Origin: Kofleriaceae bacterium | GTDB taxonomy: Bacteria; Myxococcota_A; Polyangia; Haliangiales; Haliangiaceae | DNA length: 64,000 bases | Reading direction: 5' to 3' | Assembly: GCA_965215005.1 (NCBI GenBank) | Contig: CBDCCZ010000014.1 | Span: 169,311-233,310, forward strand | Shown here: positions 55,034 through 64,000 of the stretch, piece after piece | How the letters are laid out: the number at the start of each line of letters is the position of its first letter | How positions within the stretch are numbered: position 1 is the first letter of the stretch | Position numbers and translations under genes: made by a program | Notes under the pieces: generated by a model | Seen by the model: the letters and a program-made list of their open reading frames with translations, nothing else | The model's database searches: none | Told to the model about the DNA's origin: nothing

Positions 55034-55837
55034 AGCTGCCGTCGGAGCTGCCCATGTCAGCGGACTAGCGGCGGAGCGAGGCGCGCCAGCAGCCGATAAG
55101 GGCGGGTGAGCGTGCCGTGAAAACGGCGGCCGAAATGCGCACGAAGAAACGGCTCGAGCACGTCCAGCTGATCTCGTTGCATGAGACGCAGGATCCACGG
55201 TCGCCGCTCACCGTGATGGATGCGGAGCTCGTGAGCGAGCAGCCGGCGACGCACTTCGACACGAGCCAGCTGCGGCTCCGGAAGCTCGACGACCCGTTTC
55301 GCCCTCGCTTGCAGCTGGCTGCACCAGTCCTCGAGTGCTCGACCATCCCGGCTGGGACCGTAGCCCACGCGCCGCGACACTCCGAGCCCGCCGAGGACAC
55401 CGGCCTTTGCTCCCGCTGTCACCGCCGGCCGTAGGCCGAGATCGAAACCAATGATGCCATCGACGGAGAAGAACAGCACCCAGCTCGACAGTCCACCGCG
55501 CGACTGCAAAGCCGCCTGCGCAAGCAGCAGCTGCCGCGTCGCCGGTAGAAGCCGAGGCGCATCGGTGCGATCCGCACCAGCGTCCGGCGCGACGTCGTCC
55601 GGCGCGGCGTCGTCGCGCTGCCGATCGAGGGAGTCTTCAAGGTGGTGCTGGGGCAATCGATGTCCTCGCGCGGCTTCGGCCACTCGTTTGGTGCTGCTGG
55701 TTGATCGCAGGAAAGCATAAATCGATGAGGCTTAATCGGGAAACGGGTGCGTCGGCCAGAGTGAGGGCGCCATTTAATCGAGCGCTGTGGCTCGAGCGCC
55801 TTGCGTACCGCGTCAGCATCGGCCGCGCCGAATCCGC

Positions 55838-56689
55838 TTAATCACGCCAGCGGCTGATGCGCGTTGCAAAGTTCGTGTCGCCGAGCTCGGCGCACACGGC
55901 CTCGAGCTCGTCGCGTCGGGCCCCCTGCCACTCCGGCTCCGCCACCGACTCGGTGAGCGGCACGGCACTGCGCAGCGTTGCCAGCAGGCGATACAGCTGC
56001 GCCGCCTGCCGATGCGCACGCAGCTCGTGTCCGAGCGAGCTAGCGCCGCGCACCTTGACCTCCCACTGCCGGTCGGTCGCAGGAATGGCCTCCAGATGGC
56101 CATAGCGGGCCAGCACTGTCGCCGTCGACTTCGCTCCCCACCGCGGCACTCCAGGAATGCCGTCGGCGCTGTCGCCGACCAGCGCCAGATAGTCCGGTAT
56201 CGATGCCGGCGGCACACCGAACTTTGCAACCACTCCTGGCTCATCGAGCATCGTCTTACGCGTGCGATCGAAACAGACGATGCGGTCGCCGCGCACGCAC
56301 TGGACACCACCTGCTCGACCTGCGCGTTCTCGGCGAAGCGCACCGCAGCCGTCGCCATCGCGTCATCTGCCTCGAACTCTACCATCGGCCATACCACAAA
56401 GCCGAGCGCGTCCGCCGCCCGCTCGGCCAGCTCGAATTGTCCGAGCAGCACCGGTTCCACGCCTTCGCTGCTCTTGTAGCCGGCAAACAGCTGATTCCGA
56501 AACGACTCGATGACGTGGGTCGAACGCCACTGCTACGTGGCTAACGCGATCCTCCCGCAACAACGCCGCCAGCGACCGACGCAGTGCCCGGGTGGCGCCG
56601 ACCTCGCGGCCTTCGGCATTCATCGCCGAAGAAGCGCCGAAGAACGCGAGAAACAGCTCGTACGCGCCAACGACCACGTGCACCCGCAT
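55838..56689 (-). pseudogene. 5'-3' exonuclease (flap endonuclease/Xni-like) pseudogene
   Basis: Split over three frames: VAVAFD, then EFEADDA, then LVGDSADGIPGVPRWGAKS. Frameshift near 56519; the xxSxDKDL motif is deleted near 56302; the first catalytic Asp is missing (VVGAYELF). Confidence 0.88.
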
Positions 56690-56758
56690 CCCCGCACGCT
56701 ATCGCGTTGCCGCCGTTGACAGCGCCAGCACGCGAGCGATCCTGCTACAACCGCGGCC

Positions 56759-58660
56759 ATGCAACGTCGATGGCTCTGGATACTTTATCTAGTCGCCGCT
56801 TGCGGCTCTTCTCCGCGTGCGCCGAGCGAGCCGCAGGGACGCGGATCGGCCGCAGGCGAGGCGGCATCGCCCCTGGCCGATGCCGCGGTGAGCGGGGTGA
56901 AGAACGAAGCGCTGCGGCAGCTCTTGGCCGATCACTGGGAGCACAGCATGCGCACCTCACCGGTCTGGGCCACCTCGGTCGGCGATCACCGCTTCGATGA
57001 TGAGCTCGCCGACAACTCGGCGGCGGCCGTGACCGAGGACCGGGCCGCACGGGATCGATTCCTCGAGCGCGCGCGGGCAATCGATGCGGCAACCTTGTCG
57101 CCGAGCGACGCCGAGCATCACGCCATGCTCAGTCAATCCCTAGCCTGGGATGCGCAAACTGACGTGTGTGAGGCGCATTTGTGGCTAGTTTCGGCAAAGA
57201 GCAATCCTTTGGTTGAGCTCGGAATGCTGCCGCGGATGCATCCACTGGCGACGGCTGCCGATGGCGATAACTTGATTGCGCGCTATCGGAAGATTCCCAA
57301 GTTCATCGACGATCACATCGCCAACTTGCGCGCCGGCAAGGACAGTGGCCGCATTGGCAATCGCGAGTCGCTGCGCCGCACTGCGAAGCTGGTCGAGGTG
57401 CAGCTGGCACAGCCGCTGGACGAATGGACGTTGCTCGAGGCGGTCGAGCGCGCGAGTAGCGAGTGGCCGGCCGAGGCTCGGCAACGGTTCGCTCGCGAGT
57501 TGCGCCAGGTGGTGGACTCGCAGGTGCGACCCGCCTATGCGGCGTACGGTCGATTCATCGAAGAAGAGCTTATAGACGCCGCCCGCGATTCTGTCGGCGT
57601 GTCCGAGGTGCCGAACGGGGAGGCGTGTTATCAGGCGCGAATCCAACGGTACCTGGGGCTGCCGAAGACGGCCCGCGAGCTCCATGCGCTCGGTTTGGCC
57701 GAGATCGCGCGCACCGATGCGGAGCTCAAGGTACTTGGTAAGCGCCTGCTCGGCACCGCTGATCTCGATCAAATCCTGCAGCGGCTGCGCACGGATTCGT
57801 CATTGATGTACCAGACCGAAGCCGAGATGATCGCCGACGCCGAGGAGGCGGTTGCGGATGCTCGCGAAGCCATCCCGCGTTACTTCGGCATCCTGCCGCA
57901 AGCGCCGGTGGTCGTCGTGCCGGTTCCGGCGCACGAGGCGCAATTCTCCACCATCGCCTACTATCAGCGCCCGAGCGGCGACGGCACTAAGCCAGGAGAG
58001 TACTTCCTCAACGTGCACGCGCCGACCACCCGTCCGCGTTTCGCCATGCGAGTGCTCAGCTTTCACGAGGCCATTCCGGGCCATCACCTGCAGATTGCGA
58101 TCGCCCAGGAGCGCGAAGAGCTACCGGCGTTTCGCCGCTTCGAAGCGCCTACCGTTTTTGTGGAAGGATGGGGCCTCTATACCGAGCGGCTGGCTGACGA
58201 GATGGGTCTCTATCCGACCGATCTCGATCGCATGGGGATGGTTAGCTACGACGCTTGGCGCGCCGCCCGTTTGGTCGTGGATACCGGCATGCACGCCATG
58301 GGTTGGACCCGCGAGCAGGCCGAGCAGTTCATGCGTGAGCACGCCGCCGCCGAAGAGAGCAACGTGGTCAACGAGATCGATCGCTACATCGGATGGCCGG
58401 GGCAAGCGCTGGCATACAAGGTGGGGCAGCTCGAGATTCTCCGCCTGCGCGAATGGGCGCGCTCTGAGCTGGGAGAGGCCTTCGACCTCCGCGCGTTCCA
58501 CGACCGTGTGCTCGGCAGCGGCGGAGTCACCTTGCCGGTGCTCGCGGCCAATATCGAGGTCTGGGTTGCTGCCGAGAAAGCCGCGCGCGTATCTGCGCCG
58601 GGCGCGAGCAGCGTCTCGAGCAGCCCGAGCGAGCAGCGAGCCGCAACAGCCCCGGAGTAG
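56759..58660 (+). CDS. DUF885 family lipoprotein (putative metallopeptidase)
   Basis: Lipobox [31 protein letters not shown] and [10 protein letters not shown] motifs. Confidence 0.92.
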   Translation: MQRRWLWILYLVAACGSSPRAPSEPQGRGSAAGEAASPLADAAVSGVKNEALRQLLADHWEHSMRTSPVWATSVGDHRFDDELADNSAAAVTEDRAARDRFLERARAIDAATLSPSDAEHHAMLSQSLAWDAQTDVCEAHLWLVSAKSNPLVELGMLPRMHPLATAADGDNLIARYRKIPKFIDDHIANLRAGKDSGRIGNRESLRRTAKLVEVQLAQPLDEWTLLEAVERASSEWPAEARQRFARELRQVVDSQVRPAYAAYGRFIEEELIDAARDSVGVSEVPNGEACYQARIQRYLGLPKTARELHALGLAEIARTDAELKVLGKRLLGTADLDQILQRLRTDSSLMYQTEAEMIADAEEAVADAREAIPRYFGILPQAPVVVVPVPAHEAQFSTIAYYQRPSGDGTKPGEYFLNVHAPTTRPRFAMRVLSFHEAIPGHHLQIAIAQEREELPAFRRFEAPTVFVEGWGLYTERLADEMGLYPTDLDRMGMVSYDAWRAARLVVDTGMHAMGWTREQAEQFMREHAAAEESNVVNEIDRYIGWPGQALAYKVGQLEILRLREWARSELGEAFDLRAFHDRVLGSGGVTLPVLAANIEVWVAAEKAARVSAPGASSVSSSPSEQRAATAPE

Positions 58661-58682
58661 CAACGAACAGCTCGACCGAAGG

Positions 58683-58964
58683 TCATACGGCAACGAAGGC
58701 CGATCGCCGGCTGCTCGCCGTGCCGCCAGCGCCAGAGCTGGGCCCATCGCTCCAGGGCGGCCGATGCGAGTTCTTGGAGTTCTGGCCGAGCACCTCCGTT
58801 AGCTTCGCGACCTGCTCGGGCAACGCGGTGATCTTGGTGGCCTGCTCGGCCAGCCTGACGTCGCGCTCGGCCAGCTCGACGCCGCGCTCGGCCAGCTTCG
58901 CCTCGAGCAACGCGAGCCGCGCCTCGAGCTCTCGCCGGTCATCCGGCTCGTCGCCAACCGCCAC
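58683..58964 (-). pseudogene. IS66-family transposase N-terminal fragment (coiled coil + DUF6444-like)
   Basis: A coiled coil followed by [17 protein letters not shown] (NSxNSSxPPSxD motif), then truncated. Confidence 0.75.
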
Positions 58965-59712
58965 CTCGACGCTAGATCATGCTCGGGTCCCCGCGCCGAT
59001 CCCCTAAGCGCTCAGAAAAGCGGGGGCGTGAACGGTTTCGCTTGGACTGTCGTTTAGGTAGCGCTTTCCGAACCGAGGACATCGGCGGTGAAGCAGACCT
59101 CGGCGAACTCGCCATGCAGGCTCGCGGCAGTGGCTTTGGTCAGCTCGTCCGCAGAGATCACGCGTTCGTCGGGGCCGGCGCGGTCGTGGGTGAAGGTCGC
59201 GTCGAGGACGAAGCGGACTCGGTAGCCGAGGTTGCCCGCCATCCGAGCGCTGGTCTCGCAGCAGTGATTCGTGGTCGCGCCGCAGAGGACGAGGTCGCCG
59301 ATCCGCTCCGCCTGCAGCCATTGGTGGAGGTCGGGGGTTCCGTAGAAGGCGCTGTTCACGGATTTCGCGACCAGGAGAGCGTGGTCGCCCTGGACCCACG
59401 GCTGGAGCTGATTGCCGGGGAGGCCGGGGCGAAGGGGCGAGCCCGGACTCGTGGAGTCGTGCCGCACCAGCACGACCGGGGCGCCGCGGGCGCGCCAGAC
59501 GGCGAGCAAGCGCCTCATGTTGTCCTCGGCGTGCGGATTGTTGCGGGGGCCCCAGTAGGCCTCGTCGCTGAAGCCTTGCTGGACGTCGATCACGAGGAGC
59601 GCGGCGGGCATGGGGGCTAGCGTACAGAAATTCGGCGCCGCGCTCGGCCAGCTTCGCCTCGAGCAACGCGATCCGCGCCTCGAGCTCTCGCCGGTCATCC
59701 GGCTCGTCGCCA
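58880..59712. repeat. 77-bp direct repeat pair (58880-58956 and 59636-59712, 1 mismatch) flanking the cysteine hydrolase gene
   Basis: Both copies encode [13 protein letters not shown](L/I)[11 protein letters not shown] on the minus strand. Confidence 0.92.
59054..59611 (-). CDS. Isochorismatase-like cysteine hydrolase
   Basis: ALLVIDVQQGF, KSVNSAFYGT, TNHCCETSAR and DAT motifs. Confidence 0.93.
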   Translation of the reverse strand: MPAALLVIDVQQGFSDEAYWGPRNNPHAEDNMRRLLAVWRARGAPVVLVRHDSTSPGSPLRPGLPGNQLQPWVQGDHALLVAKSVNSAFYGTPDLHQWLQAERIGDLVLCGATTNHCCETSARMAGNLGYRVRFVLDATFTHDRAGPDERVISADELTKATAASLHGEFAEVCFTADVLGSESAT

Positions 59713-59978
59713 GCCGTGGACACTCCGGTCGGATCTTGCGCTGACACGTGCGGGTCGGAGCGTACGCCTGTGCTGACAGGATCCGGTCGGAGCGTGCGCG
59801 TGCGGGTTGGCGCGTTGTGCGGGCCGCCCGAGTCTGGCAACGACCCGCGGACACTAAGACCCCCGGTCGCGGACACTAAACGAGGGAACCCTCATCGCAC
59901 GCTCGTTTAGCAACGCGTACGCTGCGCGCCATGTTCCAGCGCACCTCCACCACCAGGCCGGTCGATGCATCCCGGCGT

Positions 59979-61289
59979 ATGGAGCGTCGGCTGCTCCGTG
60001 GGTACAGCCACGTATGTCTCGCGCCTCTCTTCGCACTGGCTCTGCTGGGCTGCGCCGGTTCCTCCACACCTCGCGATGGAGCGTCGGACCGGGTGGCATG
60101 GGTCGGCGGCACGATCATCGCCGGCCCCGGCGAACCTGCTATCGCCGACGGGGTCGTGATCGTGGAAGGGAACCGCATCGCCTTTGTCGGCTCACGCACG
60201 GATATCTCGCTTGCTGGCGCGCGCGTGGTCGACTGCCGTGGCACGACAATCTTGGCTGCATTTTGGAACACGCACGTGCACTTCACCCAGCCGGTGTGGC
60301 GGCAGTCTGCCACCGCCCCTGCTGCCCAGCTCGACCAGGCCCTCGCCGACATGCTCTTGCGCTGGGGGTTTGCCTTCGTGGTCGATCTCGGTTCCGATAT
60401 CGACACCACGTCAGCGCTTCGCGATCGCATACGACGGGGGCAGGTGCGCGGCCCGGTCATTCGCACCGCCGGTTCGCCGTTTGTCGCCCGCGACGGCCAG
60501 CCCGCCTACGTCCCGGTGTCGCTCCCACAGCTCGTCGACGTGCCGAGCGCCCGCCGTGCCGTGAGCGCCGAGCTCGATGCCGGAGCCGACCTCGTCAAGC
60601 TGATGACCGCTTCGGTGGTGGAGCACCCGCCTGCTCCGGTGATGCCGCTCGAAATCGTCCGCGCCGTCGTCGCAGTGGCTCACGCACGCGATGCGCTCGT
60701 CGTCGCCCATCCGACGAACCACGCCGGCGTCGAGGTGGCACGCGCTGGCGGCGTGGACATCCTCGCCCACACTGCGCCGGCTGGGGGGCCGTGGTCATCT
60801 GCGGACGCGCGAGCACTGGTCGCCGCGAACATCGCGCTCGTGCCGACGCTCGCGCTGTGGCGCCTCGAGATTGAAGAGCATGACGCGGCGCTCGCCGATC
60901 GCTACGAGCAGGGCGCCTTGCAACAGGTGCGCACCTTCGCCGCCGCGGGCGGTGAGCTACTCTTTGGCACCGACGTCGGCTATCGGCCCGAAACCGATCC
61001 GACAGCGGAACACGTGCTCCTAGCTCGGGCCGGGCTGCCATTCGACCTGCGCCTAGCCATGCTCACCACCACACCAGCGCGCCGCTTCGGCGCCGTTCGC
61101 ATCGGCCGCCTGAAGCCGGGTTGGGAGGCCGCCTTCGTCGTCCTCGACGGCGACCCACGCACCGACCCCCGCGCCTGGGCCCGCGTTCGCTGCACCGTTC
61201 ACAGCGGCCGCGCCCTCTGGGTAGCACCGAAGGCGAGGTGCGGCGCCAGCGCTAAGCCACCATCACCTCCTCCGCAGACGACGAGGTAG
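59979..61289 (+). CDS. Amidohydrolase family lipoprotein
   Basis: Lipobox LLGC; WNTHVH, VKL, VVAH, LAH, FGTD and GRLKPG motifs. Confidence 0.88.
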   Translation: MERRLLRGYSHVCLAPLFALALLGCAGSSTPRDGASDRVAWVGGTIIAGPGEPAIADGVVIVEGNRIAFVGSRTDISLAGARVVDCRGTTILAAFWNTHVHFTQPVWRQSATAPAAQLDQALADMLLRWGFAFVVDLGSDIDTTSALRDRIRRGQVRGPVIRTAGSPFVARDGQPAYVPVSLPQLVDVPSARRAVSAELDAGADLVKLMTASVVEHPPAPVMPLEIVRAVVAVAHARDALVVAHPTNHAGVEVARAGGVDILAHTAPAGGPWSSADARALVAANIALVPTLALWRLEIEEHDAALADRYEQGALQQVRTFAAAGGELLFGTDVGYRPETDPTAEHVLLARAGLPFDLRLAMLTTTPARRFGAVRIGRLKPGWEAAFVVLDGDPRTDPRAWARVRCTVHSGRALWVAPKARCGASAKPPSPPPQTTR

Positions 61290-61600
61290 GGGCCGGCCTT
61301 GTGACCAAAGCCAATAGCGAACCACAGGTTCTCGTCGTACTCGACGACCAACATCGCGCTCATGAGGAGCTGCTGCGGGGGCAACGATGCAGACGGAACG
61401 TGGTTTCATTTCGGTCCGAGCCGACGATGGCGACGACGCGATGCCTAGCAGAAAGCCGGTTCTCGTAGCGCTACTGGCGCTTGTGCAGCTATCGCAGCGG
61501 CAGCGGCGGATTCGTTGTTCTCCGGGTCGAACGAGCATATCGAGGGCGAACGAATTCCAGGCCTTCCGCTCTCCCTCGGGCGCGCCCCGGGCAACGAGCG

Positions 61601-62554
61601 TCAATCGACGACGAAGCCGCTGTCGCACTCGGTGAGTGGACCGGCCAAACCGGAAGCGCCCGGCAAGCCGGCCGGGATGGAGGGACCGACTACCAGCGGG
61701 CCCGTCGGCGCGTAGGATACTGGGTCGATGCGGAACAGCTCCGCTTCCATGGACAGCACGTACATGCGGGCGACGCCGTTGGCAAACAGCGACCCGCCCA
61801 GGGCGTGAACGCCCCAGGTACCGGCCTCCGCCACGGGCGCGCCCGTGCCGTTCTGGAAATTGATCGCATAGAGGCGCCCCGAGTCGATACCGATTCCCGG
61901 GTTGTCGACGATGGTGTTGTCGACGATGCCGGGGCTCATGTCGTCGAGATCGGCGGCGACCGCGGTGGCGAGGTCGCCGACCACCTCGTAGGTCAAATCG
62001 CCGGCCAGCACGTCACCGGTGAAGCGGAGCAGGCGGTTGCCCGCCGATGTGGCGGCGTCGGTTCCGGTGTCGATGGCGTAGATGCGACCATCGCAGTCGA
62101 CATGCAGCGCCTCGAGCAAGATACCGTCGATCATCGTGCCGATCTCGACGTAGTTGGCGGCGCTGCCGTCTCGGGGCGGAGCATCGATCCAGTACAACGT
62201 GGTGCGATCACCTTGGTACCGGCCCCCCAGTAGCGAGCCATCGGCCAGCATCGTGAGCATGTTGTGACCGGCCTGCAGCTGAGAGCCGAGGCTGCTCTCG
62301 TGCACGGCGGCGACGGCGCCGTTCGACGGGTCGAGCTCGAGGTGCACCAGGATGTCACCGACCGAGTACCAGAGCTCCGGATACTGCGGAACCCGAGGCT
62401 CTGCGTCGACCGGTGGCGACGCGGCGTCAGCCGGACCAGGCTGCGCTGCGGCGTCCTCTCCTGCCGCCATTCCGGCTTCACCGCCTTCCGAGCAGCCAAG
62501 GACCAAATACGCTAGTGCGAGCACGAACCCGTTGCGAGCAGTATCTTCTATCAT
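61601..62554 (-). CDS. Hypothetical lipoprotein, probable beta-propeller
   Basis: Lipobox VLGC; repeated LYWID / IYAID / LYAIN / LFRID blades. Confidence 0.65.
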   Translation of the reverse strand: MIEDTARNGFVLALAYLVLGCSEGGEAGMAAGEDAAAQPGPADAASPPVDAEPRVPQYPELWYSVGDILVHLELDPSNGAVAAVHESSLGSQLQAGHNMLTMLADGSLLGGRYQGDRTTLYWIDAPPRDGSAANYVEIGTMIDGILLEALHVDCDGRIYAIDTGTDAATSAGNRLLRFTGDVLAGDLTYEVVGDLATAVAADLDDMSPGIVDNTIVDNPGIGIDSGRLYAINFQNGTGAPVAEAGTWGVHALGGSLFANGVARMYVLSMEAELFRIDPVSYAPTGPLVVGPSIPAGLPGASGLAGPLTECDSGFVVD

Positions 62555-62929
62555 TGTTCGGCTCTTTGAGGCTTCTAGATTGGAGGGCCGTTTCCCAGCG
62601 CCTCCACGGAAGCACGGGAAGCGCTGAGAGAGGGCGCGACGAGTGAGTCAGAGCCGCGGGGCTATCGTGAATGATGTAGCGTCCCGCGGCCATCAGATGA
62701 TCCATTGTTCCGTCGTTGCTTCATCTTATTGCCACTGCCATCAGCGCTCCAGTCCCAAAAGCCAAAACACCCAGACCCGTCGAGGGGCACCGGTGCACCT
62801 CGAGTCGGCCACGCACCACCGTGGACCCGGCACACTCACCGACTCCGCCACGACATAGCGACCTGATCGCCCATACATGTGGCCTTAAGGGCCGAAGAGA
62901 TTCCCATAGGAAGAGCGGTGTGACGCGAG

Positions 62930-63281
62930 CTTCTGAGGTCGGCGGCATCGGGATCTGCGACCGGTTGCCAGCGGATTGTGACGGCCTCAGTGAGAACTCC
63001 GGCGCTGTCGGCGGCGGGCTCGAGGTTGATCGGCTGCCGCGGCGGCTGGTTCGGTCCGCCCGCTGCTTCGACCTGCACCGCCAAGCGGTTGCCGGCGCCA
63101 TCGTAGAGGTAGCTCAGCTCCTCGATGCGTCGTACGTCGCGCTGATCAGCCGCCCGGCCTCATCGTAACGATACTCGTTGACGCCGATGGGAGCCTCGTC
63201 GGCTCGCGAGATGCGCGCCTGCGACACCAAACAGAACAAAACCGAGCAGCAGATTGCGAGTCGCGAAGCAGGCATGAGCAT
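62930..63281 (-). pseudogene. Truncated, frameshifted secreted YD/Rhs-repeat protein with the start of an Fn3-like domain
   Basis: Signal peptide and YRYDEAGRLISATY, a frameshift near 63128, then LSYLYDGAGNR...PNQPP...VTIRWQPVADPD. Confidence 0.6.
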
Positions 63282-63524
63282 CGACCATCCTTGCGGCGTC
63301 GTGATGAAACAGCTCATCCGCAAGCCCGTCAACGCTAAATCCGCGGGATGTCCTGGCAAGCGGCGAGCACGCACACGTCTGGTCCTCCTGCCCCGACGCG
63401 CCGGCCGGCATCGTCGCAGCGGCGCACGCCACGGCGGCGCCCCATCGGGATAGGAGCTTTTCGGGTATCGTGACAGCGCCGCGTGCATTGTCCGAGCACG
63501 TCGGCAGAGACGTCGAGAACGCCC

Positions 63525-64000
63525 ATGGAGACCACGACTCGCCTGCTATTGCCCGAAGTGACCGAGGCGCTCCAGTCTCATCCCGAGGAGCTCGTCGAGC
63601 TCACCGAAGAGCTGCACGCCGCCGACCTCGCCGATCTCGCGACCGCGCTCGAGCCGGATCTGGCGCAACGGCTATTGGCCGTGCTGCCCGTGACGGTGTC
63701 GGCGCGGCTGCTCGAGTTTTGTCAGGAGGAAGAACGACTCGAGCTGTTCGAAGGGCTGGCCAAGAGCGACATGAGCACCGCGGTGGCCATCACCGATGAC
63801 ATGGCCGCCGACGATCGCGCCGACCTCTACGCGGAGCTATCGCCGGAGCTGCGCGCGCAGCTCTTGGAGACGCTCGACGTCGAGGAATCGCGCGACATTC
63901 GCCAGCTGCTTTCGTATCCCGAGGGATCCGCCGGCGCGCTCCTCACCACTGACTTCGTCGCCCTGCCCGCCACCTGCACTGCTGCCGAAGCCATCGAGGT
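63525..64000 (+). CDS. mgtE: Magnesium transporter MgtE, N-terminal part (runs off the window)
   Basis: Manual translation: METTTRLL...LHAADLADL...MAADDRADL...LLSYPEGSAGALLTTDFVAL. Confidence 0.9.
   Translation, partial: METTTRLLLPEVTEALQSHPEELVELTEELHAADLADLATALEPDLAQRLLAVLPVTVSARLLEFCQEEERLELFEGLAKSDMSTAVAITDDMAADDRADLYAELSPELRAQLLETLDVEESRDIRQLLSYPEGSAGALLTTDFVALPATCTAAEAIE

Noticed and set aside
55043..55720. ORFs 55057-55683 (-), 55117-55434 (+, with CSRC) and 55451-55720 (+)
   Set aside because: No recognisable family and conflicting overlapping frames; probably eroded sequence.
61243..61363. MSAMLVVEYDENL..., resembling a response-regulator receiver N-terminus (minus strand)
   Set aside because: Too short and degenerate to support, and it overlaps the amidohydrolase 3' end.

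Overview
High-GC chromosomal window, most likely from a myxobacterium (inferred from the FHA-sigma54 activator, DUF4388, AgmX-type TonB-C and PilZ proteins). About 1-52 kb is intact housekeeping and accessory genes: gltA, apaG, htpG, a MacAB-like ABC exporter, ppx, hemB, maf, a stand-alone rplX, sucA, an acyl-CoA ligase, an fpg-like glycosylase, fabH, ku and pdxA. It is interrupted by one complete IS630 element that carries a divergent LexA-type DNA-binding passenger gene inside its inverted repeats. About 52-63.5 kb is a decaying region with frameshifted genes (M43 protease, 5'-3' exonuclease, YD/Rhs protein), IS66 remnants and two repeat arrays sharing a GACC-N3-GGTC palindrome. Other notable signals: a -10 box 6-7 nt upstream of the start codon in about ten genes (probable leaderless mRNAs), a structured non-coding region plus a 6x20-bp tandem repeat after rplX, and two apparent pseudo-enzymes (a His-less truncated PtsP and a degenerate OYE domain). 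No rRNA, tRNA or CRISPR array was seen. All family calls come from motif recognition by eye, not from database searches.
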